Origin: Gekko japonicus
Lineage: Eukaryota
Direction of reading: 5' to 3'
Assembly: GCF_001447785.1 (NCBI RefSeq)
Contig: NW_015160909.1
Location: 90,080 to 154,079 of the forward strand
Length of the DNA: 64,000 bases
This document shows, one piece after another, positions 50,848 through 64,000 of this stretch. Positions within the stretch are counted from its first letter, which is position 1. Each line of letters begins with the position of its first letter. A model generated the notes under the pieces. It did not search any database. It saw only the letters and a list, made by a program, of their open reading frames with translations, and was not told the origin of the DNA. Made by a program: the position numbers and the translations under genes.

Positions 50848-51050
50848 TAAGAACATTAGAGCCCTGCTGGATCAGACCAGTGGTCCATCTAGTCCAGCAT
50901 CCTGTCTCACACAGTGGCCAACCGGTGCCTCTGGAGGGCCAACAACAGGGCATAGAGATCGAGACCTTCCCCTGATGTTGCCTCCTGGCTCTGGGATTCA
51001 GTGGATTAGTGCCTCTGAATGTAGAGGTTCCCCTCAGTCACCAGTTGTGG
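50848..51050 (-). mobile_element. CR1 3' UTR fragment
   Basis: taagaacattagagccctgctggatcagacc...ctagtccagcatcctgtctcacacagtggcc. Confidence 0.75.
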
Positions 51051-51923
51051 CCTTTTTCTAGACCATAGCTCAGTGGGCTTTTTTTTTGGGGGGGGGGTGA
51101 AATCAAGCTACCAGTGTGCCCACCATATTGCTTGTTAAGATCAGGCTGTTACTTTGTAACCAACTGGTCCTCCAGTCATTGTATGAGTCTTCACACACCC
51201 CTTTGAGGGCTGTAGCATTGTATGAGTCATTGTGTGAGGATTCACACACCCCTGTGTATGGGATCCTCCCCCCCCCACCCCGGTCTGGATTTTCAGTCTC
51301 AAATTACATCCTCTCTTTGCCTTACCATAGAATGCCCATTGAGAGAACAGGACTACATCTCTTTGAGATGTAGTCCTATTCCAGCAAGTATAGATCATAT
51401 AAGATGGTCACTAGGAGTGGGAGGTTCCTTGTCCTTTGTTTGATATTTTGTAGAAAAACTCATTGTCAAAAAGATTAATGGTTGCTGCAGTTTTTAGGAA
51501 ACATCAATTTGGTTTCCTATTATAACCACAACACTCAGAAACCTATATATGATTGTTTAGAATATTTATATTCTGCTTGTCCTCCAATGAAATTGGGTTG
51601 ACATACAGAGTAAGTGAAACTGAGAAATGGTGACAACAAGGGGAAGGATAATTCAAAAGTACCTCAGGAGAATGCTACAAAAACATTATGTATGTGAATC
51701 CCAATTGCTTCAGTCCAAGCTGAATACCCTCTGTGCTTACTTGACTCTAGTTCTCACTTACGTGTATTGCCTGCAAATCATCATATTTCTAACTTAAACA
51801 CACACGAACACACACACTCGATATGTGTGGTAACATCTAATCCAAAGGCCAGTCCTCTTTCATTTAGTTTCAAGTGCTAGACCAGTATCATTTATTGGAA
51901 TAAATTAGGTAATGTGTCTCGAT

Positions 51924-52121
51924 TAGGGTTGCCAACATCCAGGTGCTGGCTGGAGTTCTTCTGCTATTACAACTGATCTCCAGGCAACAGAGATCAATTC
52001 ACCTGGAGAAAATGGCTGCCTTGAAGGTGGACTCTAAGTCCCTCACCTCCCCACACCTCGCCCTCCTCAAGCTCTACCCCCAAATCTCCAGGTCTTTCCC
52101 AACCCAGAGCTGGCAACCCTG
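51924..52121. mobile_element. hAT MITE
   Basis: TIR tagggttgcca/tggcaaccctg; TSD gtctcgat/gtctcagt. Confidence 0.8.
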
Positions 52122-52879
52122 GTCTCAGTGCTTATTCCCTCCATGATATGCTGTTGTCTCCACACTTTGGTGCTCACAGTTTTGACCAGTTGATCTGAAA
52201 CTCCTACTGTCTTGTATCTATCTCTTTGACCCTTTCTGTGGTATTCCCTTTCCTGTAAACATAAGAGTTTTGAGAATTTGAAGGCTTCAATTGCAAAACA
52301 AACTTCCTGAGTTGTTACTGGGCATACTTTTGAGAATATTTAGCCACTATTAATAAATAACACAAATATTGAAACATGGATTCATCCCATGAGATCAATA
52401 CTATTGACAAAACAACTTTCTGAGAACAGTCTTTAACATTTCCAGAACATGGTAATGCTATTGATATTTTACAGGCAAAACAAAAGTAGTGATTTTATAG
52501 AGGGCTAAGTAATTCTCTTGAAGTTAGCTTTAATCAATGGCAGATGGGAATTAAGAGTGAATGTCATTAAGACTGAGGCCATCCTGATTTAAGACAATGG
52601 AGTTAGCAAAGGGGAAGGTGGATACAATGGAAAGGATTTCCAGTTATCTATTGTTGATGCTGGGTGAGCTGAGATACAAATTTGAACAATCTTCCTTAAA
52701 TCTGAACAAGCTATTTTGAACAGAAATCTCAGTAGCAAAAAGATGCCAAAATATAAAAAAGAGGAGTCAGCTTTTTATTGTTTATTGCTGTGATCCAGAA
52801 GGGCACCATTAACCTATGTATGCTCATGTCTCAGTTGTCCCTTTAAGCAGTTTGTATGTGAACAGACCTCTACGTACTT

Positions 52880-53280
52880 CTTTTATTTATTTACAACATT
52901 TATATCTGACTTGTCTGTCCAGGCAGGGCCATCAAGGCTACTAATAATTAAAACTAACAAACTCTAACAATATGCATAATAAAACCAATTAAAAACCAGA
53001 ACTAAAAATACTTAGATAAAACAAGAAACAGGAAATTAAAACATAAGGCAGGAAGGAGGGCTCATTGAGGGGAACATCAGACAAAACAAAAAAAGTCGTC
53101 ACTTACTGGTGGAAGAGGGAGGACAGAAGAATAGCCCTTGAGAGGCAGTTCCCTAGCTTTGGTGCCACAAAACTGAGAAGGCTGTCTCAGAAGGTCAGCA
53201 CCAGCACCTTGAATTGGGCCTGGAAATAAATTGGGAGTTACTGTTGATGGACCAAGAATGGGGCAATATGGCCCCTGTGC
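52880..53280 (-). mobile_element. old L2 3' fragment
   Basis: tttatttattt tail and L2-like ttggtgccac...gagaaggc, cagcaccttgaattgggcc. Confidence 0.6.
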
Positions 53281-54355
53281 ATCCATTTACACAAAACATG
53301 TCTGTATGTATGGATTTTTCCATAGGACTGGATCAGCATATGTGGAAGCTTACACATGTTCAGGTGTACATGTGTAGGCTCTGTGTGAGTGGAGTAGCTG
53401 AATACTGAAGAGGCTAGACATTATTTTGATTTTTCTTCTTCCTTGTGTTAATTCATACTCAAATGAATGTCTGAACATGATGCTTATGTTGTTGTCACCT
53501 GGACTGAACATTTGTCATTCTGTTTAATGCCACTAAGAATTGGTTTGCATATGTTGTTTTCTCCTCTGGATTTTTTTCCTTAATTTGTTTATAGAGTTTG
53601 AATCTTTCCCCTCAAAATCCAAGCAAAAGGCATTTCTTTCTCCCTTAGTTCATTGTCTCTACCTCTTCATAGTGTATTTCCTTGAGGTTCCTATAAGAGC
53701 AAAACCACTTTCATTTCTAGTTGACCCGTTCCATTCATTGCTTCCTACCTTTCAGGAAAAAAGAAAGAAATCAACCATTTGCTGTCTCTGTGGCCCATTA
53801 TGTGCTGACAGCTTACTCTGGAGAATCCAAGCAGTCAAGCCTTTAAGCCTGCCTTTGGATTTGTGTGCCTGCCACATGTACCATTCTTTTTTCTCCGGTG
53901 TATTTCTGTATGCTTGATCTGCAGCTGCAACCAAAACCCACATTTTTTTCTTAATTGGGATGGGAATGTCACTTGTGATGTGTGTGGGGTGGCATCCAAT
54001 GGTGTTTTTTTTTAATGTACACAATTGTCCTATTGCAGCTGTGCAGTAGCTTCCAACAAACACCTTGCATTTAAATCTTTGTGCTTCAGGATTCACACAT
54101 GATTTTTAGTGTTAGTTCATTGAATGAAAGGGAACCAAAAGGAACAGGCAAAAGGAGAAAGTCCAATCTTTAAATTGACCAGACTTTTTCTGAAAGCCGC
54201 ATTTTCCATATTGCTGGGCACTAGGAGATTCTCTGCTGTGTTATCAGCCACTGTGAAAAATGGGAAAATGGAAAAGAGTAACATACTTGGGCAGTCATTC
54301 GTATGCTGGGGGGGGGGTGATGGCAACCCTTTTGGGAGGGGGGGAGTCCATCCTT

Positions 54356-54570
54356 AGTTGGAAAGCCAAGACAAGGGGCAGGCACAGTAAGGGCAGCTGA
54401 TGATGCTAAACCAGGGGGAGGGGTGCCCAGAGGTGCAGAAGTTGAGAATCCTAGGGTCTAATGCGCAAAAGGCGTGATTTAACAGGATGTCTAGTGCAGG
54501 AGGGGAGTGGAAAGTTGGAAAACCAAGACAAGGGGCAGGCACAGCAAGGGCAGCTGGTGGTGTTAAGCCA
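54356..54570. repeat. diverged 58-bp direct repeat
   Basis: agttggaaa.ccaagacaaggggcaggcacag.aagggcagctg at 54356-54413 and 54513-54570. Confidence 0.85.
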
Positions 54571-56143
54571 AACTTTGTCTCTGCCAACTGTGCCGAAGGA
54601 TTTCCCTGCCCACCTGGAGCACAAGGATCTTTTACAACATTTAACTGCGCATGCACACACACACACACTACCACTAGCCAAACTTTTAAAGCATTCCTGG
54701 CCAATGGTTTTTTCTCTCTCCAGCAGTCCAAGATTACCAAAAAAACTCATATTGCTAGACTGAACCCACACGTTAAAAAAAATTAAAGATGGAAAAGCTA
54801 AACAATAGTGCAGCTTTTATACCAATGGAGGTGGGAGAACCACTGATGTTCTGCTTAAATGGCAACCTGAGTGTAAATGCAGATTGAAGAATTTCCTATT
54901 TTAAAAAGCACTCTCAGTGTGAAACTGACCAATAAGGAGTGAGAGGAACAACCTCAATGTTGGCAGAAGAGTAGCCTCTGGTGGAGGGTGGAAAAGGGCA
55001 GAGGAGAAAAACTCAATGGAATCTGTATGCTTTTGAATTACCTTTGCCTTGGAAGCAAAGCAAACTCAAAACCTACCACAAAACCACTTTCAGAAAACCT
55101 GAGAAAACAGCGAACAGAAAGCAAACTAAGCACTGAAGGGAGGAAAAACAATGCAGAATGGAAAAAAAACCCTGATGGACATGCACAGTGAAAGTGATGG
55201 GAATGCTGAATGATAAACAAAACCCAATGGACAAGCCTGGTGAAAGTGAGGGGGGACACCCGTGCATAATAGGCCTCTATCTTAGCATAGCTACCCATTT
55301 TGTTGGCTTTTGGAGTTTTAGATGAAGGCAGGCATATGTGGTAGAATGGTTTTAACCTGGAATATGTGAATGTCCCTGCTCACCAGCTGCAATCAGAACA
55401 GTCAAATGGTTTTAAAAAAACCTTTTAAAAACCATTTAAATTGATTCTTAATATACTTTAATATGTCTGTTTCACCTGCACGTACTCACAAAGCACGTTT
55501 CTTCCCTACTATCTGTTCAAGACACTCTCCTAACAAAAATAAAATCACAAAACAGTGCTTCCCATTTTTGTCTTGATCTGTTGAGGGAGGAGATTTCCTA
55601 TATTATATTCCTTACTCATTTGGGTTGCCCAGTTGAGAATGCTTGCTGTGCTGGGGACCACAAAAGATTGACACAGAATTGCATGACTGTCTGGGATCTG
55701 TAGCTCAATCCTGAGAGTTCTGAGCACTTGCTAATATGATGATGGTGCTGCTAACTGAAATGGCATCAGCTGGTCAGTTGTAAAAATAGATTATGGATGT
55801 ATACTATTGATTATAAATGAGTTGTGGTATCCAATGCCACCACTGCCCAAACACAAAACTATTAAAGATGCTGCTTACTTTGAATTTTGAGAAAATAACC
55901 AATTTAACCAGTGGAGGTCTTCTGCCTGACACTTACTGATCAAGTTGAGTGGTTGCTACTTCAAAGTTCTCAGCACCCCTGATTTTAACATACTCTCTAC
56001 ATTCGAAGCCATTCATTTTCAGGGTCAAAAACGTGTTCACTCCCACCATACTTAGGATCTGTCTCCACAGGCATTCACCAGTCATGTCTTCTTGTTATCA
56101 GCAGAATGAAGAAAAAAAATTAGAAGCTCACTAGAATGAATTC

Positions 56144-56370
56144 TGCCAACCTAGCAGTTCAAAAGCAAGAAATTGCAAGTAGATAAATAGGTACCACTTC
56201 GGTGGGAAGGTAACAGCGTTCCGTGCGCCTTGGTGTTTAGTCATGCCGGCCACATGACCACGGAAACGTCTTTGGACAGCGCTGGCTCTTCGGCTTTGAA
56301 ATGGAGATGAGCACCGCAACCCTAGAGTCGGATTCGACTGGCTTTCGAGCAAGGGAACCTTTACCTTTAC
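56144..56370 (+). mobile_element. Sauria SINE, 5'-truncated
   Basis: Sauria body, ACCTTT tail, TSD ctagaatgaattc at 56131-56143 and 56371-56383. Confidence 0.93.
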
Positions 56371-59300
56371 CTAGAATGAATTCATGTAGCTTCTTGTTTG
56401 TGCCGAAATAAAATTGAGCAACTTGAGCTATAATAAGAAGTTGGCGGAGATTCTTGCACACCTGCTTATGCTGATTATACTATTGTCATCCCAATATGTT
56501 TCAATACAAGTATGGGAAATGACACATGCAACCTCTAGGGTTTTCAGATTATGAATGTGACTAATTGTACATACTGTTTCCTATTAGTAAAATTACTATC
56601 ATATAAGATACTTGTAATTATCATTTATTGCTCTATTTGGCTCTTAATTCAGCTGTTAGCTGATTATTATCCTAGCAAACTGGAATTCCGCCAAGCTGAT
56701 ATTACGTACTCATTTTGCTCTAACAGTAAGATGGTTTGTGGCATGGACTATAGTGCACATTGAGGAACAGTATTGCCTTATTTACATGTTCAAAGACATG
56801 GATATGGATTGAGATCATGCTCTCAGTTCCACTTTCATCTGGCGCACATGCCACTCATAACTATGCATCAGGCATTATGTTAATATGGAGGCCTATATGT
56901 TAGAGCCTGGTACCTGTAGACCCCACCTGTTCAGCTTATACAATATGTTTTGTGGCATTCAAATTTGGTATTGGGTCCTATGCCTGTAGGTCCGTCTGTA
57001 AATACAATGTCTGGTATGTAGATATGTGGTGGGATAGATGCACTAGAAAGAAGTAGGGAGAGCTAGTGTGAACCCAATCCCTTTTCTGTGTGTTTGTTTG
57101 GCTCTTTCTACAGGGAACAGCAGCTACTGTTACAACATTTCTCTAAACACATTGTAACCATACCAGACCTCTTATTGACCTCTTATTTATGTTAAATGTT
57201 ACAGTCCTCCTTTCCATTCTATAAAATCCCAGAGGCTAATTACTTACCTAGTCTTCTTGATATTGGCAAGCCAAAAGGTAACACAGAGAAGCTTCTTAGG
57301 ATAGACAGAGGCAGGAAGCTAGTGGTTGCCGCCTCCTTATATGTCACTCATATATGAGAAATAGTGTTACTGTAAGCACATCCCTATTAGAACCATCCCC
57401 AATAATGAATCTGATAGAGCTGATTCATTAATAGCTCTTTTCCCAGGAACATAGATGTAGCGCTAAAGGAGATATTACTCCACATGTTTCTCTCTTTTTT
57501 TCTCTACTTTTGGTGCTGGTGGATTTCTTTAATAAAAATTAAGTTTCCCCTTCCTATCTAGTCTGAATGTTTCCTTACCATTTATAGTATTTTATTCTGT
57601 TGAAATCAGCCCAGTTAAATTCACAATTGCTTTAATATGTTCTTCGTGGCAGAATCATGGGTGACTTCTATTTCCAAGGCAGGAATAAAAGCTTTTAAAT
57701 TGGTCAGTGTGGCCAAAATAAATTTTCACCAGAGGTTATAACTTTTGACTGGTACTGGACTCAGTGTTTTGTAGTAAATCAGCAGCCAGGGCATTCATCT
57801 TTCACTAAGAAGTCCTCCTTGCAGGAAACAAATGAAGCAGAATACTTTTTGTTTCAAAAGGCATTGTGGGGAGAGGGGCTGAAATGCCAAGTGGCTTCAG
57901 ATTTATGTATGTTATTTGTACTGCAGTATTATATGTAAGAGAACCCACATAGTATTTGTAAAATGACAAATTTGGTTGTCAATGTAAATCTCATTATGAA
58001 AAAATAATGTATTTGATTTGTGAACCACTGTATACATTTCAATACAACCCATGGACATAGTATTTTATATATATATATATATATACCATATATATATATA
58101 TACCTATTTTGATCAGAAGGAAAGACTTGGTCTGAGCCCCTAGAGCTGGTGTTTTGTAGGTGATTGGCACTTGCTTTTCTTTTTCATCAAGAAATTTGCA
58201 TTACAGAGTAGCCGCTCAACAAACAGAACATGATACTTTGTATTTCAAAAGATGGTGGAGGATTATTTTATTTTTAAAAAGAGGAACTGATGAATTCTAG
58301 ATATCAAAATACAGACAACTATCTATGCAGACTTCTGTCCCCTGCTTAAATTTCAATTGGAAGTCAAACCTATTTGCTGGCCAGGAGTTAGTCCTGTGCT
58401 GTAAAAGAAACCATTTGAAATAACATGGCTTGAATTGAAACAACAAATGTGAAAACACTTCCAATCTACTTGTAACACCAGAAGTTACGGTTCAGAGCTC
58501 TGTTGCAACCAGTATATCTAGACTTGGACATATCTTTATTTTGCAAGAGGCTGAAGACCACAAGTCTGTCATTCTTCAACCAGAGCAAGATAGTGTCTGT
58601 CTGTTAATAAATGCTTATTCTGCTCCATGCATCCATTGTTGCTGGAATAGAACACTTGCAGTTCATTCCTAAACACAATTGGAACTTCTAAGCCCATAGA
58701 CATCATTGGTAGGGATGGGCACGAGCTGGCTCACGAACTAAAGTCTGTGACAAACTTTGGCTGATTCATGCGAAGTGACGTTCATGGCAGGTCAACCAGC
58801 CTGAACTTTCCACAGACTTTCAAGCAGCTTGTGAAGGTTCCTGCCATTTGGTGAATTGATACATTTCCAGACAGACTGTCTCTGTTCAATCAAAATGTTT
58901 ACCAAACTTCAAAGCAACAGGGAGGGGGAATTCTCCAGCCTTGGAAACACTCTGGTCAGTTTCAAACTGGTTATGTCAGTTTCAAGAACCCCCCCCCCCT
59001 TTCCTGTGTTCCTTTCCCATTTTCTTTCACAGAGCTTGCAAAATCCCTCCCCCTTGCTTGGATTTGTTGCGACTCTGTGTTTTGAGAGCAGTCCTTTATT
59101 TATTTGTTTGTTTGTTTTTCAAATTATATTTTGCCCTTCCTGCAAATGGGCTCAGGGTGGATCACAACAAATAATTAGGCCATTCAGCATAATAAAAAGA
59201 CATTAGTAAATAGTTCATTGACTCTCTTCATTCACTGGCTGGATCTGAGGTCAAAGGAAAGGCCATCAAATGAGCCTGTGCTAACTTTCATGGCTTCTGA

Positions 59301-59529
59301 CCCAAGGAATTCTGGGAACTGTACTTCTATGAAGGAAATGTGGAATCTCTTTGGAAGTTGCTTTGTCTGCTTCAGCAAGCTAGATGGCTGGGGGGGGAGG
59401 TAGCTTGGTGGCCACTGTAAGGGCCAGCCAATCAACACTCTGTATAGATGATGGGGGAATGGCTTGAGGATTGTTCCTTAGGCCAGCCAATCATCATTCT
59501 ACACAGCCAGCATTGGACGTTGGGGTGAT

Positions 59530-60012
59530 TATTTAAAGCTTGTAATGCCATTGGCACTGGTTTCTGCTGGGCATTCTGTACATTGTAACTGCAAGGATCC
59601 TCTGGTTTGACATTACTCCTCTTTTTGCTTGCATTGCAATGGTGGCACTGGGTTCTGCTGGGCACCAGTATAGCAGTGGATGTGGGGGTGATTTCCTCAT
59701 GGACTAAATAATCTGCTACTTGCATAGGTGATTTCTTCTGGAAACAGGAAGCAGTCACCCCTGGGCTCAGATCCGTTTGGCTCTTGTGTCTGTTTCCAAA
59801 GCAGATGGGCACTTGGAATGAATTCTTCACTGCTATACGGGCTCCTTTTGTGAGTGGGGAGCCCAGAATTATATTTAAAGCTTGTAATGCCATTGGCACT
59901 GGTTTCTGCTGGGCATTCTGTACATTGTAACTGCAAGGATCCTCTGGTTTGACATTACTCCTCTTTTTGCTTGCATTGCAATGGTGGCACTGGGTTCTGC
60001 TGGGCACCAGTA
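59530..60012. repeat. perfect 141-bp direct repeat flanking a 201-bp insert
   Basis: 59530-59670 is identical to 59872-60012. Confidence 0.93.
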
Positions 60013-60142
60013 CATTGCACTGGTTTCGCTGGGCTTGCAGCATTGTGTGTAGTATAACCAGGAGTTTCTAAGATTATCTGGAAGCCATAAGTTCTAGCTC
60101 TTCAGCATTATGCATCACTAGGTGGTAAGCTAGACTTTTTTT

Positions 60143-60260
60143 TGAGGCAAGAGATGTTTCAGAGGTGGTTTGCCATTGCCTGCTTCTGTGTCATGACCCT
60201 AGTATTCCTTGGAGGACACCCATCCAAATACTAGCCAAGGCTGACCCTGCTTAGTTTCTG
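60143..60260 (-). mobile_element. 5S-derived SINE fragment
   Basis: Similar to 31316-31430. Confidence 0.75.
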
Positions 60261-62217
60261 CAATCATTTCTTTTAGTACATCCATCTGCTGGGCACTAGT
60301 ACATTTCACTGGTTCTGCTGGGCTTGCAAAAAATGTCCCCCCTCAATTTCTACTGCAGAGATTCTCTGGCTTGACCTTAGCCCTGTTGTGCTTGCACTGC
60401 CACAGTGGCACTGATTCTGATGGGCACATTGTGCTGGTTCTGCTGGGCTTGCAAAAATGCCCCCCCCTTCAGTTTCTACCTAGAGATTCTCTGGTTTTAC
60501 CTTAGTCCATTGTAAACAATGAATGATGGGGGGCACCTTCTTTGGGTGGCCATAACTCAGACCCCATAAACCCAATCCTCACCAGACTTGGAGGGCAGAT
60601 TGAGGAGAATCAACCGGAGATCCCCTGTGAGTTTGGTGGTGGTGGGGGGACATCATGATCCTCATGAACCGAACCAGTTCATTTGGCCCCTAAAAGTTTG
60701 TGACATTTCATAGTTTGCAAACTGGCATGTCACAAACCATGAACCATAATGAATCCGTTTTACTGGTTTGTGCCCATCCCTAGTCAATGAACTTAGAATG
60801 GTATAACTCTGCTTAGGACTGCACTGTTAGTTCTCAAAATTTTAAATAAATGGTCACATTTGTGTTATGGCCGGAAATTGCCCAGCCTCCTATTTACCCT
60901 TGATCACTAGTTTCCCTATCTCTCTCATCCAGAGTGTTTTTGGAACTGTGAATGCCGTCATCAGCAAGGTATGCCTCTGCCAACAGGCAATCAGACGCAA
61001 TCTGCTGCTTTGATGATCAGCATCCAGATTCAAACAGGCAGTCTGTGGTGATTAAATGGTGCATAGTGATGTGCAAAGGTGTTCTGCGTTTGGGCAAAAA
61101 CAACTTGGACATATTCCAAACAGATGTGTATCAAAGAAGCATAGAGGCATTTATAATTTCCCTCTTACATTCTGTTTGATAAATTTCCAGAATGATGAAA
61201 GCAGATATTTTATATTAAAGTGACTGTTGAAAATATTTTACAAATTCTTGTATCATTCCACAAAAGTTTTGTAAATAAGCATGAATTAGTGATGTCTTAA
61301 TAATATTAGGAACAAGGATACTTGGATTAATGAGACACAAGTTAGTCTCCTGTCTGGTAACGGCCATATTTTGGAAACTGGATTATGTTTGTCATGGTTT
61401 GCAATGATGTAATTGTTCATTTATACTATTAATATTCAGTTGTGCACTGCGTGAAAATAGCTTTGTCTGAAACCCTGCTGTGTTTAAATGGCTATCCTCT
61501 AGAGGCATGTTTGCCAGAAGAAGATTGTTTCAGAAGTGATTAAATGAAAGATGAGGCTTTCATGAGTGTGGCCAAATGGAAAGCAGGATATGTTGATTGG
61601 GAAATACATTAGGATATTAACTAATCAAAATATGAACCAGAAATAGTCTGTAAATTAATATAGCTATAATAACTAATCCAAATAGAAAAACTAAGTACAG
61701 TCAACACTGTTTTATCCTGTTTGGATATATTATTGTGTTGCTTGGCTGTATGGTTTAGAGTTCAAGAATATTTGATGAAGGAAAGAGAGTGAAGGGGGAT
61801 AGGGAGAGAGAGAGTAAATGACAAGATGTTTAAATATCCACAGAGCAGCACATAGATCTTTCCACTGAAGAGGGTGCTGATAGGCCTGTCTTTCCAAAGC
61901 ACTTTTTGAAAGGCTCACTTGCTTCTGTGTACACAGTTATGGCTTCTGTTTGCTTGGCATTGTGTTCTCTCTGTGGTACACCTATTTGGAACAGAGACAG
62001 ATGTTTTTCTTCCACATACAGTACAGGGTACAGGCAGGCAGCCCTGCAGAAAGGGAATGATAGAGGCAAATGCTATACATGCCCTACTCCATGGCAATAG
62101 GTACTGGTATCAGAAAACCAGAGGTAAACATTTTGGTCCTCTCCTAGGACCAACAAGCAGTGCTGGGAGAGACTCTGAGAATAAAGGCAAACATTGTAAC
62201 TAAACAAGTGACCAAAC

Positions 62218-62637
62218 CAGAGGTCATTTCGGGGGGGATTGCGGGGGAACACAGTTCCCCCGGGTGAGGTACGGGGGGTGGGGCACATGACGAAGCCCCA
62301 CCCCCTGCTTCCGGCCGCCCCGCTTCCGGCCCTCATTCAGCCAGGAGGAGGCAGGAGAAGAGTTGCTTCCTCCCTGCCTCTCCCCACCCCTGCCTGCCTG
62401 GGGCCAGGGAGGGCCTTCGCGGGGCTTCCTTGCACTCCCGCCGGCCTTGCAGGTCCACCGCCGGGCCCCTCATGGGGCTCGGCAGTGGAGCTGCAAGGCC
62501 GGCACCGGCAGCCGGGACCGTTGGGGGCGGGGTGTGTGGCCTTATGACACACTTCCGGTGATGTCAGGGGGTATGGCATATGCTAATGAGTTATGCTAAT
62601 GAGTTCCCCTAGCTCTTTTTCTACTAAATGACCCCTG
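62218..62637 (-). mobile_element. short copy (420 bp) of the same hAT family as 18031-19641
   Basis: TIR cagaggtcattt/aaatgacccctg; perfect TSD gaccaaac (62210-62217, 62638-62645). Confidence 0.92.
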
Positions 62638-62659
62638 GACCAAACTAAGGTGGAATCCT

Positions 62660-63130
62660 GTTTGTTTGTTTTATTTAAGAGATATTTAAGAGATTTCTAG
62701 GTTGCCTCTTTCAAGTACTGCTAGAGGCGGCTTATAATTAAAATAATTACAAAGACCCATTAAAACAATCCCAGGGACATCAACCTTATAAAATGCTCCA
62801 TAAAACAGACTTCAGATCAGAAGCAGACCATTGAATAGCTGGAAAGATAAAACCCCTTATACATTTTGGCCTGGCACCTAAAAGACAGTAAAGTAGGCAC
62901 CAGATGAGCTTCAGGTGGGAGGACATTTCAAAGGCAAGGTGTCACCACAGAAAATGCCCTGTTTCTACCTGCCTCCCCTCTGAAGGTGGGGGCACAGACA
63001 ACAGGGCTTGAGAGGTAGACCTTAATCTGCAGGCTGGACTAGGGGAGGACACAGTCTTTCAGGTAACCAGCCCTCTAGCTGTTTAGTCCTTACAAGACAA
63101 GAAGCAGCACTTTGAATTGTGTCTGGAAAC
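62660..63130 (-). mobile_element. old L2 3' fragment
   Basis: L2 tail plus ggtgtcaccacagaaaatgccctg and cagcactttgaattg motifs. Confidence 0.6.
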
Positions 63131-63354
63131 TGTTGATGTGTATGGAAAATTGGAGAATATGTGTGTTAATACAACAAAATTTAGCATGTGGACTAGGGGA
63201 GTGAAAAAACCCTAGCTCTTCCCCTGCCATATCTCACTGTAATGCTTGTATTATTTTTTTCTCTATCCTAGTTAATTGCTAGTGTTGGGTTAGAGAGAAA
63301 TGCCTTAAGCATTAAAGTGCTGCAAGATTGGACCTGTTCTGAAGAAAGAAAGAA

Positions 63355-63622
63355 GGGGGGAAAACCCACCCTGAGCCCTACTATGTTGGAAGACTTGTAG
63401 TCAGTTTCCAATTTTCCATTCTTGGGCAAGTTGATAGAGTGGGTTGTTGCTTCTCAGGTCCAGGAGGTCTTGGTAGAGACTGATTTTCTGGACCCATCTC
63501 AATTGGCTTCAGGCCAGGGTTTGGAGCAGAGACTGCTTTGGCCACCTTGGCTGATGACCTCTAGATTGGGATAGTGTGACCTTGCTAGTGCTGCTGGATC
63601 TTTTAGCAGCATTTGATACTGT
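63355..63622 (+). mobile_element. L2 RT fragment
   Basis: VSNFPFLGKLIE, GFRPGFGAETAL, LLDLLAAFDTV. Confidence 0.8.
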
Positions 63623-64000
63623 CAAAAGTCCCAGTCCCAACCCTGGGTAAGGACTTTTGGTACAAGGGGAGTGCGACACAAAACAAAGTTACAACATACC
63701 AGAGAGAGTCTAAAACTTACCCTAGTCTTGATAGATCCCACTAGGTCTTTCAATCTATCCCAACAGCTCGGGAGAGAAAGGCCAAGTCTCCTGGCTTCTC
63801 AGGGAATTAACAAGAAAAGTCAGCCCTGCAGAGTGGGACTCCAGTCTGAGTTTCCTTTTTTTTTTTGCCCCCCGGAGGGGATTTTTATTGCATTTTTTAT
63901 AAACTACAAACTACAACGAAAAAATAGGGAGGGAACATCTAAGGAGAACGGAAAGAAAACCACTAGTAACTAAAACCCCAAGTATAGGAGATCATTACAT

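Larger units (their letters stand above)
58710..60782. mobile_element. non-autonomous hAT (Ac-like TAGGGATG TIR), inserted in the centre of a short palindromic MITE
   Basis: TIR tagggatgggcac/gtgcccatcccta; degenerate TSD atcattgg/gtcaatga; internal ctggttctgctggg repeats. Confidence 0.8.

Noticed and set aside
59432-60043. 203-aa ORF with an internal repeat
   Set aside because: A by-product of the 141-bp duplication; no coding signature.

Overview
Squamate reptile genomic DNA, probably a gecko (inferred from co-occurring Sauria/Squam1, Squam3 and 5S-derived SINEs and BovB). It is intronic or intergenic, and no host protein-coding gene can be identified with confidence. The window is dominated by decayed and nested transposable elements: L2, CR1, BovB, L1 and RTE-X-like LINE fragments; SINEs; many non-autonomous hAT elements with 8-bp TSDs; a Helitron; Gypsy-type solo LTRs; and an internally deleted Ngaro/DIRS-class retrotransposon carrying an SGNH-hydrolase ORF. 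There is a 680-N gap at 42942-43621. The best leads are: (1) two dissimilar solo LTRs whose U3 regions carry a ~110-codon frame in the same register, ending in a shared RRRA...R-x-x-SxRL basic motif; (2) a hAT family present twice with shared ends but different GC-rich cargo, one copy carrying what looks like a captured vertebrate first coding exon (Pack-type hAT); (3) a YR-retrotransposon whose circle-junction-complementary region sits at the 5' end; (4) a Helitron2-like 201-bp insert flanked by a perfect 141-bp duplication. Family names come from recalled consensus features, not database searches.
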